From the NCBI GenBank assembly GCA_012295275.1, contig CM022674.1, forward strand, positions 310,001 through 374,000: 64,000 nt of DNA. The letters are read 5' to 3'. How positions within the stretch are numbered: position 1 is the stretch's first letter; each line of letters starts with the position of its first letter. Below are positions 15,752 through 30,340 of this stretch, one piece after another. The position numbers and the translations under genes are program-made. The DNA comes from Chrysomallon squamiferum. Taxonomy: Eukaryota > Animalia > Mollusca. The notes beneath the pieces were generated by a model, which worked only from the letters and a program-made list of their open reading frames with translations, ran no database searches and was not told the origin of the DNA.

Positions 15752-16596
15752 GTTATTATTATTATTAGTAGTAGTACTTATTATAGTAGTAGTAGTAGTA
15801 GTAGTACTTGTAGTAGTAATATAGAACTTTTTTCAGCTTTATCTTCATTATTTGTTACTTTGTTTCTTTCTATACCATTCTTTTTCTATTTTGATTTTCC
15901 TTCCTTATTTCTTTTTTCTTTCTTTCCTTATTTCTTTCTTTCTTTCTTTTCCTTATTTCTTTCTTTCCATTTGTTTGTATGTCATTATTCCACTCGCTGT
16001 TTATTTCTTTTGTGTTCTAATAGAATTATTTTCTTTATTTATGTACGTCTTTATCAGTAAATCTCGTAAACTGTTCATTTGCCCGTCCTTTCGTCCGTTC
16101 GTTCACCCATCCATCCATCTACTACCGTCTGTCATTCCTTAGAATCGTCTTTTGCTTTTTCTTGCACCTGAAACATTTTTTTTTTTTTTTTCTCATTTTC
16201 ACGCTTTCTTACTTTCTTTCTCTCATTTGGTTAATTCGGTCAGTTTGTCCCGTCCCTATTTCTTCCTTATTTTTGTCTATCTTTCTTTTTCAATTCTGTC
16301 TATCGAACAATCATTCAGTCAATTTCCCCCAGTTTCTACCTCTTTTCAGATGATTACTTACCCCTCATTTACTTTCACAAACGAAACTAATTCAGTAGCA
16401 GCTTCAAAGCATTTAAAAATCTCTGACTGCTTTTATCACAGCAACTGGTGACTTGCCCGCTTCGAAACTTTTCACTTCATTTAATTTACATTCACACCTG
16501 TAGTGTGTAAGATTTCTTACCTGTTTACTTTGGCACAACTGTGTCATTGTTTGTACCTGGTCACCCGTCCTCAAATTCAGCTTCGTTGATCCTGTT

Positions 16597-16749
16597 TGAC
16601 CTCTGACATCGCGGCCTTTGACCTCTAGAGGTCACAACACAGGTAAGCACACCTGGCTCTGCGTGAGTCGGACGACATTTCTGTCGTGGGTGATGTTATC
16701 GGGTGCTGACAAGGTCAATGACGGTAGGTCAAAGGTCATGTATTTGCAT
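16597..16749. promoter_or_regulatory. Candidate intronic enhancer: cluster of nuclear-receptor AGGTCA half-sites plus an octamer
   Basis: TGACCT at 16597; palindrome TGACCTCTAGAGGTCA at 16619-16634; AGGTCA at 16712; perfect DR1 AGGTCAAAGGTCA at 16726-16738; ATTTGCAT at 16742-16749. Confidence 0.55.
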
Positions 16750-17769
16750 AATTCTTGTTAGATGGTTAAACGAGCGTTGCATACTGAAATATTTTGTCAG
16801 GGGCGGTGAGGAAATTCAGAAAAAAAGAGAAGAAAAAATGAGTCAGATACAATATATATATGTGAGTGTGTGAGTTTGTGTAAGGCGGGTAAGAGGATTT
16901 CCTGTGTAAGTCGGGAGGGATATATGTTGTTTTTTCTTTGTTTGTTTGTTTGTTTCTTTTATTATTAACTGAAATAATAACGAATTAAAAGAAAGCTAGA
17001 TAGACAAACAAGATAGATAGACATGTAGACAGACAGACATATACTTGTAGGTATATAGGGGAAAGAAATTAAAAAAAAGACAAAAAAACTTTACAAAAAT
17101 ATGAACTCAAATAGAACCTTCCGTACATCACACACAAACAAGAAATCTCTGTGTGTATAAAAAAAGAAGAGAAATCTGTGTATTTATAAAAACCGAAATC
17201 TCTGTGTATATATATATACAAATAAGAAATCTGTTATAGAAATCACTGACTTTTGTTTCGTACACAAACCACAAAACAAACACACACCGACTACAAACCG
17301 CGTGCTCTTTTGCTCAGCATAAACCTTGACTATGACAGAAGCGACTTTCCGAACGCTGCAGGAAAACAAACATAGCCACGCTGCATGTTCTCTGAGATGA
17401 GGAGAAGTTTCGTCAGCTTGTAGAGAGCAAAAAACTAATTGTTGTAAAAAGCAGCAAGATCGTTTCATCACGCCGTCATTTGTAGACCGACCTGTGTGTG
17501 TCTTATCTCGGTGGCGGCGAATACAGTGTTCAGAACAGCATATATTTGTTTTCAGAGATAACAGAGAATGCAGGGCTAGGGTGAACAGACAGAGAGAGAG
17601 ATCTGGTTTGTGATACAAGTGATGTAGGTGATTCTGAGTTTGTGAATGAATGAATGACTTGATGAGAGGGGTTTTTGTTTGCTAGTTTTTCTTGATTATT
17701 TTTCAGTAATTTTTAGATTCTTTTTTTTCTTGTTAAGTCGTACTCTCTGTCTCTCTCTGGATCTCACTC

Positions 17770-17878
<109 letters not shown>

Positions 17879-18275
17879 ATATATATATATATCTGTCACG
17901 CTCTGGCTTTCTCCGTGTGTCTTTCGTTTCTTCGTTTTCGTATTACACATTCCCAAATCTTTTTCTCCTAGTCTCCTATAAACTGGAAGATGAATTGAAA
18001 AATTTCCTTTGTAAAGGAAACAGAAAACCGCGACTATTTTGCGAGTTGTGAACTGGAGCTTCGTATACGTGTTAAGACTTACTAGTGAATCAGTATAAGC
18101 ATGCCTGATACATAATTAAAAGATGTATGTCGATACTTTACAAGTTAACGCACCTATCCATTCCCCACTGACACTGAAACTCTTGTAACGAATACCCAGA
18201 CCTTTGTAGATCAAAGACATAGCTCACCCAAGGACGTTCACTTTTAATATAACACAGCGTGTCAGCGCGCGTGTT

Positions 18276-18359
<84 letters not shown>

Positions 18360-18417
18360 TTCTGTGTGTGTTTTTGTGCATGAAAGAAAAAGACTGTTAG
18401 AGATAATGAAAGTTATT

Positions 18418-18451
<34 letters not shown>

Positions 18452-19110
18452 TGGCGTTACAAAGTAAATAATGAAATAAAAATTAAAAAATAAACAAAAT
18501 AAAATAGATGAATAAATAAATTAATAAATGAGTAATTAATTAAACAAATACAAATAAATAAGTAAATAAATAAATAAATTAATAACAAGTAACAAAGAAA
18601 GAAAGAAAGAAAGAAAGACGGAACGAAAAACAGCAAAGACATAAGTACACACTTTGAAAACAAGATGAAATGCAAACTATGTATAAGACAGCTGGTATTT
18701 AAGTAACTGAGTCTGCGTGTACTGTACTTCTTTCACATGTAATGTAATCTAATAAATAAAGTAGTTTTTTTCTTGGTTTAATCAAAAAAGCATGAAGCAT
18801 TTTAGTGTGATGACGGTTTGCTTTCATGATTATAGGTTTATGTGTGTATGTGTCGGGTGCGTGGGAAGATGTATATGTGTATAAATATATACAACAGCAA
18901 TAGTAATAATAATACAACGGGTTATAAGATTTCGATATGTGACGAACTTTGACGGAAACTAACGACATCGCTGACAATTGTTTGACGTCAAACTTTAATG
19001 CCGTTTTTGTTTAATTCACATGTAAAGGAAATACTGATTACGTGTGTGAGTTTTTAATTACTGTTACTAGTACTACAACTACTACCACCAGTACCACCAC
19101 CAACACTAAT

Positions 19111-19143
<33 letters not shown>

Positions 19144-19852
19144 ATCAAGAACAAGAACAAGAAGATTTGTTCATACTACTTACAAACTATCAATATCAAC
19201 TCTGCTATAACTATCAACGACATAGGCGTGTTCAGTTACTCGATTAATGCAGTTGCCAGATATGAACACACACATTTCCCGCCAAAAGCCTTTGAGACGG
19301 CAGACGATCTTTTATTCGGTAATGTCACAGACGTGCCTATTATACGGTCACCTACGTAGGTCACATAAGTTTATATGACTAATGTACTGTACAACAAATA
19401 AATTACAGAACAAATACGTTTATTATTACGCCCAGTGTCGTGATATTTATATAACTCATTACAAAGTCAGGATTAATGAACTGAAGTCTGAGGGTTAGAC
19501 ATTATGAGAGTGCGTAAGAAGCTTAATTTGGTTTGTTATGTGATATGACAGAGAAACACGTTTAATTTCATGCAGTTATAATATTCTTTCTTTCTTTAAT
19601 TTTTACTTTAGTTACTGTAGCTTCCATTACTACAATAAGTACTACTACCTCTACTGCTGCGACCATCACAACCATCACTACTCCTGCTACTACTGCAACT
19701 ACTGCTACACTTCTACTGCTACTATTACTGTTGCTGCAATTAGTGCTGTTATTACGATAACTATTACTACTACAACATCCACTTCAACAACTATTACTAT
19801 CATTACTATTACCACTACTGCTTCTCCTTTTGCTATTACTGTTATTATATAC

Positions 19853-19885
<33 letters not shown>

Positions 19886-20691
19886 CACACACGCACGTAA
19901 ATATGCATATAAAAACTATGCACAAATATATGAAAGTATATTACTATATATATACGAAGACCTATTTGAGTATATTCCAGAAAGCTTGGTCTTTAGAAAT
20001 TCATCCTTCTCTCTATTATTTTCATTCTTTCTTTCTTGCATAGGTTTCACTCACATATTTAACAAGTTTTCTTCTATCGATATTCTGTAGTCTTTGGAAT
20101 CATTTCAACACATCGCTGTTCTTAATATATGTTGGGTTTTTTGGTTGTTGTTTTTTTCCCCCGCTGCTAAGGTAATCGCTTTACAACTGTCTAAAATCAT
20201 AAAAGAAATGCCAAGAATGTACCGAGTTAAAATCGTCCTTTGAAAAATACCTTTGTTTTGGAAAGGTACAAACGAAAGCTTTTGTTCCACCTGTTTTAGG
20301 TGAGATGAAGATTGTAGCGTCCGTTCCGCAAACCGGACTGAATTCCGCGTTAAGCTCGCGTGCGGAGCCCAATTAACTTGTTTTTGTAATTAGTTTGTTT
20401 TAGATCTGAGTTCTTTTAATTCTTTGTTTCTTGTTCTTGTTCCATCGTTTCATTCTCTCTCTTTATTCTCTTTATTTATTTTCCTCTTTGTATTGTTCTT
20501 GTTTCTTCTTTCTATCTCCTATTGTGTTCGTGGTTCGTTTTTGTTTTTTTCCTAACGTTTATTTTATTTCTTTGATTTTTTTTCTTACTGACTTCTTTTT
20601 CTCTTTTTCATTTTTCTTTCGTTCATTCGTTCTTCTTCTTTCTTTCTCATCAGTTTTTTATGTGCTGTGTTTTAACACATCCATTCTTCTA

Positions 20692-20945
20692 GCTGCGATA
20701 GGTCGCTGGATCCATCGCTCTCGGTAGACCCACTGAGAAATTTCTCAATCCAGCAATGCTATAATACAGGCTTTTGTTTATTCTGTCATGTCTATGGGAT
20801 GGTGAATATAAGAATTACTTTATTGCTAATACGATTTCCTTTTCTGTTACCTGAGTATTCCACAACCCATTATCACCAACACCAGTAATCATTAATACAT
20901 TTAAAAAAATATATATTCATCATTAAATAAACATTTCCTTCCTTC
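20692..20945 (+). mobile_element. Decayed SINE-like element (core plus 3' tail ending ttaaataaacatttccttccttc)
   Basis: 20789-20830 aligns without gaps to 33258-33299 at 31/42 nt. The core and tail resemble a gastropod tRNA-derived Deu/Nin-type SINE from memory (not database-checked). Confidence 0.55.
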
Positions 20946-21407
20946 TTTCTGTTTTCATTCATTCTTTCTTTCTTTCTTTCTTTCTTTTGATAAGGATGCA
21001 TTAGGAAGCAAATATATATAGGAAGAAGTTTAAGGTAGATTGTTTTCTATGTAAATATTTTGGAAATACGATACTGGTTTAACTTAATTCTCTAACATAA
21101 TCTACCTGAGTCTGAGATCAAAGAGATGGGGAAATAGCAATAAGGAAATGGTTTTATTGGTTTAAAAAATAACAGTAACATGCAAAGCTGGATCTACAGG
21201 CGACTCAAAAGTAGGTTATAACAAAATATTAACAATATTGAATCGCCAGCAATCAGCATCAAAATCAACAACGACATCGTAATTGTAAACACAATCATTG
21301 TCATCACTGCAATCAACAGAGACAAGGAAAAAAAAAAAAACTGGTGGCTTCCAAAATTATTTCGAATTTAGGCTTAATACATATCTGTCTCTATGTCTGT
21401 CTGTATC

Positions 21408-21516
<109 letters not shown>

Positions 21517-21760
21517 GTCTCTGTCTCTCTCTCTCTATTCGTCCGTCTTTTGGAGAAACAGAGATTCGGAGTACTCAAATATGGGAGAAATATGTCTTTA
21601 TTTATTTAATTATTTCAATTTTTTTTAAAATTTACTACGTATTTACTTACTTACATAGTATTTATTTAATTACTTCTTATTCTTTCATTTATTAATGCAT
21701 ACATTCGTTCATTCATTTATTCACTCGTTTATCTATTTGTTTATTTATTTTCTTTTACAG

Positions 21761-21865
21761 AGTCATGTAACAATTTAGTCTGCTTCAATGGAGGGCAGTG
21801 TAATGGCGGATACATTCCATTCTGTTCTTGCCCTCCAGGATTTCAAGGACCTCGCTGCCAATACG
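21761..21865 (+). CDS. MEGF6: Internal coding exon of a MEGF6-like gene: first EGF-like domain (SCNNLVCFNGGQCNGGYIPFCSCPPGFQGPRCQY)
   Basis: Acceptor ttttcttttacag|, donor |gtaaga, 105 nt, phase 1-1, six Cys in EGF spacing. CxCPPGFQGPRCQY-D matches the vertebrate MEGF6 sequence as I recall it (CHCPPGFQGPRCQYDVDEC). Confidence 0.93.
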
Positions 21866-22289
21866 GTAAGATATATTATTATTATCTTAGCATTTTTTCT
21901 TTCGTTTTCTGGCATTTGTGTTGTTTTTCGTGCGAAGAAGTGAACAAAAATGACATCTGGGTTGTTAATGGCAATTTCAAACACAAAGGTCATGGTCAGG
22001 TTAATCGATGTTTGTTTCTTCTCCAGTGTCTGATGAAGTTTGTCGCTGCTGGATGTATGTCTGTCTGTATGAGTTTATTTCTGTATAGCTGTTGTTGTTG
22101 TTGTTGTTTTTGTTTGTTTATTTATTTGTGTGTTTCTTGTGTTTTTACTCCATTTTCTGCCTGTCTAACAAGTACAGTCTATCCATCACTCTGCTGTCTT
22201 GTCTTTATATATATAAAAAACAACAACAAACAAACAAACTCAGAAATAAACTCATATATATATATATATATATATAACTAACACAGCTC

Positions 22290-22386
<97 letters not shown>

Positions 22387-22630
22387 AATACCATACTCTA
22401 TAACTTAAGAAAAAAGAATTTAAAAATTAGCAGTGAGTAAGAAAGAGAAACAGGAAATGGATTGTAAATGTTTATCTGCGTTTTTATAACTGTTTTAAAC
22501 GACTGCTGAATCTGTAATTATTATTTCCAAAGTGGAAAAAAAGATATAATATTACATCACCTCATTATATTTTATACCATCGAAAACAAAGAGATAAGCT
22601 CTTTAATGCTATTAATTCTTTTCTTCTTCT

Positions 22631-22664
<34 letters not shown>

Positions 22665-23058
22665 AATGAAAAAGAAGAGAAAAGAAAAGAGAAAACAGCG
22701 TTTTCAAATCTCTTACCATTATACCTCGCCATTTTCTTACTGACATCTGGAAGAAAGCCAATTTCTTCATTTTTAATTTTCGTGTCAAAACAAATTCAGT
22801 TCTGCCGACAGATTTTAATTTCGTTTCTGAACAGATATTTTTAAACGCGGATCAACTTCATGAAGAGCATTCTACGTCCTTCTGAGATATAAATTTCCAT
22901 TAATTTATGAGGGAAAAAGAAAATTGCATTTCTTTTCTAATTCCTATTTATATCTGAACTTGTGTGCTGTAGAAACGCAGTATTTATTTATTCATTTATT
23001 TAAATGCTCTGCATAATGTACATATAAGTGATTTTTTCCACTCTGTCTCGATGTAGGA

Positions 23059-23089
<31 letters not shown>

Positions 23090-25139
23090 TCCGTCTTTCT
23101 CTCTCTTTCTCTCTCTCCCTCATATATATCGTTTGTTCCTGATATAAGTGCCAAACTAAACATTCTCGTTCGTAATAGATTATTTCTGTTTGAGTGTGAG
23201 TTGTGAGATAACAAATATAGATGCCAAGGTAGATAAATTACGTAGATATCCATTCCATCACGGTTCGTTACGAAAGCTATTTCCCCTCTTAGCCTGCGAC
23301 GACACCATTTTGCTTATGTTTCGCCATTCCCGTCACGCGAAATGCTGTCTGGAAATATCGCTGTTTTTCGAGATAAAATGTGTGTAATTTAACAGATTTA
23401 GAATTTTTCTAATTCTCTGAAGATGAGGATAAGAATAAATGTGAAAAGTTATCAAATGATTCCCTTTGTTTTCTATGTAATTGTCATCATCGTTTTCGGA
23501 AATGTTCGGTATTTGTCGGAAGATATGGCTGATTTAGTTCTGAAGAATATTTATTTCAAGAAATTGCTTTTTTTTAGGCTTTGTCTGATTTTAAAATTCC
23601 ATGGATATATGTACGACCACACACACACACACAACGGTAGAAGCGACAACAACAACAACATCAATAACAACACCAACATTCATTCATACATATACACAGA
23701 GCTACAGTTTCATAATTAAAAACATAGTTGGTAATTAAGAAATGCAGTTATTGAAAATAAGAAATCTACAAAAATGATGGGATGATTGTAACAACAAATC
23801 TAATCACACTGGTTTCAAAGCGTTTATTAGTAATTTTAATTATTTCATTTTGCATCAATATTTTGTTCACTTATTTTTTCTTTTTTTTATATAACAATAC
23901 GTTATGTTGTTACTTCATAGTAAAGTGTTACGGTTACGTTACATTCAGTTTTTACGTCATACAGTGTTGTGTTGCTACTTCATATAGAGTTGTGTCAAGA
24001 TTACGTAATATTATGTTTTTCCGTCACGGAGGGTTGGTTCAATATTACGTCACATCGTGTTGTGACGTCATAAAGTATTTTAGTCTAGATTAGGTGAGAT
24101 TATGGCTACGTTATATTATACTTTGCTATGAAATTCCAAGATTACTGAGACGCTACAAATTTCACAAACATTTGCACTCTGTTCTTTGTTGCCCTCATAA
24201 GCACAGTTTCTAAGCGACTGGGTGAATGTTTTAGTTGACAGGGCGGGGATTAATTGAACGGAAACACAAACAACGACTGGACGTGTTCTGACAACGCACT
24301 GATTGTAGTGATTCCAGAGTGACACACAGTTCTTTGAGAACGTTATTTAAAACAGAAGCTTGCAGCGTTTAGAATTCCCAGAATGCAACCGCACGTCATC
24401 GGTCAGCGAAATACGTTTCTTTGATGTCCTCCTTCTCTCTGATTTATTGTTAAAGAGTTTTACTTCCAGCCTCGAGCTGGCGCCTGTGGTCACGTGACAG
24501 AATCGTCATGGAGTATCCACGAAGAATGTGCGACGAACCACGAGAATGACTCATCGTGACATCATGCATGATGTTGTGCTGATGTCGTAGCCGCGGTGGA
24601 TCAAGGGATTGCAGAGGTTTGGTGCATTCTGGGATTGAATTGCCTCGTCCTGATTTAAAGCTCATATCATAATTCCGATGGATCATGTGGTATAAACAGT
24701 TTGGATCATGAAATTTTATATGTGTGTGTATATGTGTACGTATGTGTCTGTATGAATGCACACATGCACGTGTTTGTAACTATATCTGCCAGTGTGTATA
24801 GTTCTGCTAGAGGTTGTTTCAAAACAAATATTATCACTTCGGCTATTTACGACATTTGACGCAAAGGTATTTCAGATGTCAGCAATTATTTCAAGTCACG
24901 TGTTTTTATTAGCAATTTGATTCACAGTATGTTGTTCGAATATAGACTCATTTAAATCTAAGTAACCTGCAATGAAATTTCACAGATGAAGGAAGAAAAA
25001 AATGTTTAAATAAAACAACAAGAGAGCTTTAAGTTATAACAACAACAACAAAAACAACAGTAGTAATAATAATAATAATAAAAAAAATAATAATAGTTTT
25101 AGCAGCATTAGTTAACATTTCAGTATTATTTTAGTACTG

Positions 25140-25175
<36 letters not shown>

Positions 25176-26870
25176 ATGTGTGTGTGTATGTGCGTGTATG
25201 TATGTATGTGTGTGTGTGTGTTAAAACCCACTTTATCTTTTTCCTTTTTTTATTTCAACTCTTCATTCTCTCTTATTTCTTTCTGTTTTCTTCTCGTTTT
25301 TGTTTTTTTTAACGTTTTTTCGTGTTTGTTTTGTTTTGTTTTGTTTTAGTTTCTGTTCTTTTCCTGTACCCACCGCATTGCACATTTCCGCGTCCATAAT
25401 TTAATATTATTTAATTATAAAAATCGCACGTCATTTCCGGAATCCCAAATTGAGGCCACATGGTCTGTTCTCGGCATTAACTGTGATTCGTTCATCTTCG
25501 GACATAAACGTAAATTGTGCAGTTAACCAGACAGAAATATTTCAGGTGTTGGCAAAAAATACACTGTTTTTCCTTTTGAACCGAATCTCTAGCGATTAAT
25601 ACAAACACGAAGACACACTAAAAGAGACAAGGAAGGGTGTAGACTTAAATCATTTCGGCAGTTTCCGCGATTACCATCGAGTTAGTGTAGACAGCGCGTG
25701 ATCGTGAATGTATTTAGTTATATGATAGAAAGAAAGAAAACAGAGAAAGTGTAAGAAAGAAAGGGAAAGGGAGAGAGAAAGAGTGAATTAGACATGGAAA
25801 CTTTTATTATCATATATATATTTTTAATTTTTGTTTTCCTTTTTTTCCTTTTTTATTTATTTTTTATTATTATTTTCTTTCTAAGTATGCAGAAATAATT
25901 AATCAATAGAAAATGAAGCCTAAGCCAAAGAGCAATAACCCTCTGCAAATTGCTCAACGCACAGAAATCTTTTGTTTCTGAAAACACGAAAAGCTGAAAT
26001 ATGTAGAGGAATTAATTTTCTTTCTCAACTCTTCGCGAATCGTTAAAGTGAATTTGTTTTTAATTTCTATAATTCTGAAGATCGCGTTTTAAACTAAATT
26101 AGATTATTATTCTGACTGAATGAGTTGGAATAATTTTGGAATCAGCTATTCGTTCGGGATAGATTATTTTATTGCAGTCGTTGTTACAAATATACAGCCT
26201 TGAAAGCAGCAGTGTAAATACGTACAAATATTCACATGTATGTAATATACACACGTGAAATGCAAACACACAGCAAATACAACACATACATGCTCATCTG
26301 CATACAACATGCACACACATCACACCTACACGGGGTCTTACATTGTTTTTTTTAGAAAGACGGTGTTTGGTGTATTTACAGATATATAGAACCGAACATG
26401 CATGTGTGTGTGTTTGGTAGATGTGTGTGTGTGCGTGTGCGCGTGTGTGTGTATGTGTGTATGCGTTTGCATTTTTATATATATATATGCACAGATACAG
26501 ACAGATAAACACACAGAGACAAATATTAACTGTTGCTGATTAGACGTTTGATAAAAATATTACTTTTAGGAACGAAAATATATTACTTTATCATTTAATT
26601 GGAAAAATAAAAATAAAAGAGTAACAGATCACGTACATTCTTTACAAGTTGGGACTGGTCCAGAATGATAATTCTCTTATTACAGGTAATTTGGGAATTC
26701 AAGGATTAATAAATAGAAAAATATTTCCACTTCATAATTAATTAAATGTTAACCAGAAAAAAACATTTGGCACCTTCTTTAGCCCACTATCTGATGTTCG
26801 GAATAATGATTCGATTATTAACGCTAATTTGTTGAATTGTTTACCACTCAAGGGTTAATAAATGAAAACG

Positions 26871-26909
<39 letters not shown>

Positions 26910-27028
26910 TTTTCACTTCATAATTTATTAAACATTAACAAAAAAAAAAAAAATTTGGCTCATTGTCCAAGTGTTGGGTTAAGTTATAATTAGACTGGTA
27001 CTGTATCGAATATTTTACGCTCATATGA

Positions 27029-27070
<42 letters not shown>

Positions 27071-27082
27071 TAATAATAATGG

Positions 27083-27113
<31 letters not shown>

Positions 27114-27701
27114 AATAACAATAATAATAAACGATAAATGGGTATGATTTCAAAAATTTAAATATAATTAGATTTTTTTATAAAATAATGTCGAATATTT
27201 ATTCGCACAAATATGTGTTTTAGGAATTCCAAAGTAACTTGAAAACAATTTTTTTTTAGTTAAGTTACATAAATATATGTACAGGGCCTCCAAGAGTTAT
27301 TCTGCATATCTCTATCCCCACTTGCCCCATTTTTGTACAAAGAAACGAAATGTGAGTTAAATGTGACTTATCAAGCGAAGTGTCACATATTTCATGTTGC
27401 AACTGCAGATTTAGAGGTAGCACGTGCAGCGGCCAAGAACGACGCATGCGCTGTTAGCAGTGCAGACGTCACCGTACATCAAGATTTCAGACTTTCTCTG
27501 GATTGTCGTGAGAAACTGACTGCGTATCAGCAGACGTCGGCGTCAAATATTTGAGATTATTATAAAAACTGCATGTTTTTTTTTTTGTTTTTTTTATTGC
27601 TTTTGTTTTAATCGTTAATGATGAATCAGCCAATTTTATTAAATTAAATATGGTATGGAATACATTGATAAGTGAGTGTCATCAGAAGTAATTATAAAAC
27701 A

Positions 27702-27757
<56 letters not shown>

Positions 27758-29019
27758 TTAATTAGGAAATTGAAAACTGTCATAGCATTCTTATTTATTT
27801 ATCTATTTATTCATTTATTGTAGGTTTTTTCTCATTACACACACAATTGACATTCAACGAGTTTTATCTTTTGATAATATACACAGAGATACATAAAAAT
27901 ATGACAGATCGCTGAAATTACAACAATTCTAGGTTGGATTTCAAACTGTCACTACATCCCATGATTCCGTGACCACTTCTCGTCTGCCCCACGCGTGACA
28001 TCAATAACAGCATGTTTATTACTCTATCAGTCTCCACCCATCTACTGTGTGTCCGTCCGTCCCTCGCAAACAGCGACAAAAGCTCAGACAAAAGTTTCTC
28101 TGTACGTCGTACAACAACAGACCCTCGATTACACAGACCGGTGTCACTGTTGTCAGGTCCTCGTGTCAAAACCAACAAACGTCTTAAGAAACCGAGACAA
28201 AGGACAGATGACACGTTGGGTAGTCTGTGTTGTTGTGTACTAATTTTAGTTTCGCTGCTAGCGAAACGTTTTCTTGTATAAAGTCTATTAGCATAGGAAT
28301 GTCAACATCTGGAAAAAATGTCGAGAAAGGAAAATAATTTTAAAAGGAAGAAAAACAGGTTTAAATGGACGGACTAAAGGCGACCCTGGAACGTAAAGTA
28401 ACTGAAATGGTGATAAACACTTGAGAACTAGAATTCCGTGTACTTGGAAAGTAATTTTTTTTTTTTTCTCTGACATCTGAAGTACAGAGCTGGAGGATAT
28501 CATTAATTATAATGTTTAGTTTTGTTAAGGGTTAAGCTAGTGTACTTCACTTAAGGTGTGTGTATGTGTGTAATTGTGTGTGTGTTTGTGTGTGTGTATG
28601 TGTGTGTGATTGTGTGTGTATGAATGTGTGTGTGTGTGATTGTGTGTATGTATGTGTGTATGTATGTGTGTGTATGTGTGTGTGTATGTGTGTATATGTG
28701 TATGTGTGTGTGTGTATGTATGTGTGTAATTGTGTGTATGTGTGTATGTATGTGTGTATGTGTATGTGTGTATATATGCATGTATGTATGTGTATGTATG
28801 TATGTGTGTGTGTATATATGTATGTGTGTGGGCGTTTGTATGTGAGTGTTTGAGTATGATTGGCTTTAACATATCTCGCCAGCTGCAACAAAGTCAAAGG
28901 GAAAAACAACACTTCACCAATATTAATAGCATAAATCTGTTTAAAATAATAATAATAATAATAGAAGTAGTAGTAGTAGTAGTAGTATTAGAGAGAGAGA
29001 CAGACAGAGAAAGAGAGAC

Positions 29020-29164
<145 letters not shown>

Positions 29165-30268
29165 CAGAACGAACAAAGAACATAACGAATTTTTGGCGAC
29201 TGTGTCGTACTGTGAAGTACTGGAAACTATCTGTTTGTTCCTGAGCGCTGGGGCTTGTTGAGCTAACCCACTGCTGTTGTTAACTGCAAGAAGGGAACGA
29301 CTCGAATCAGTAATTCAAACCATCTGCTGATTACCTCGCAAAGAGAGCTCAAAAGAACGTAATAATTGTGTCTCACGCTCAATTAATTCAACAAAAAAAT
29401 CATGGCGATCATTTTGTTAGCCTCCCGCAGTTTTGGACCGGTGAATATTATAAACGTACCGGGCAACGGTATTTTAGTCACACCGGTGTAACACGAAATG
29501 TGTACCCATCAGGATCTCGGCACCTTCGGGGCAACTAATGGTATGGAATTTATATCCGGCGGCCCAATTAATGTGGAAATTAAAAGAAAAGAATTTGATA
29601 GGTGTTTTAATCAGCTTTATCGCTCTAACTCACCTTTTTGGACATTAATAACATTTATACTTATCTGAAAACGTGTTTAATATCGTATCATCGATAAAGA
29701 ATTGTTTTGACCTTTTAATTTCACTGGAAGTTTAAAAAAAAAAAAAAAAAAGAAATAAGGAAGAAATAATATTAACAGCATAAAATGTAGGTCTTTCAAA
29801 TGAAGGCAAATTTACATAAAATGTATATTAATGTAGATAAGGTTTTTTTTTTTCAGAAACTGCAAATGATATATGGTAATTATCTTTATTTGTTGAAGGT
29901 AGATACTTTTCCGAATTTATATACATAAATCTGAATAATTATATCACGGTTCTGAAACTTATTTATGTGAAGTGTTAGACATGACGAGGCAGGTTCTTTC
30001 ATTATGGTTCTGAATAAATTTACATACAAATGAGCGCGCGCTCACGCACAGCACACGCCACATACAAACACATCCAGTCGCAAATATCACACACAGATAA
30101 ACACCACAAGCATTAACGCACACACGCACACGCACATGCTACGTACATTCGATCAGCTACTCGCGACTTTCTATTTGCAAAGAGTTCCACGCCTTGTATT
30201 CAACCACTGAGTCTCTTTCAAATAACAACAACAACAACAACAATAACAATAATAACAATAACAACAAC

Positions 30269-30340
<72 letters not shown>

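Noticed and set aside
16581-16648. CAG|GTAAGC donor at about 16642 suggesting an exon
   Set aside because: Poor acceptor, 62-nt length and no EGF or EMI-like translation; the block is better explained as a motif cluster.
27918-28281. Overlapping 82-98 aa ORFs in a GC-elevated block
   Set aside because: No recognisable domain or splice signals; more likely non-coding (several TGTCA/TGACA motifs).
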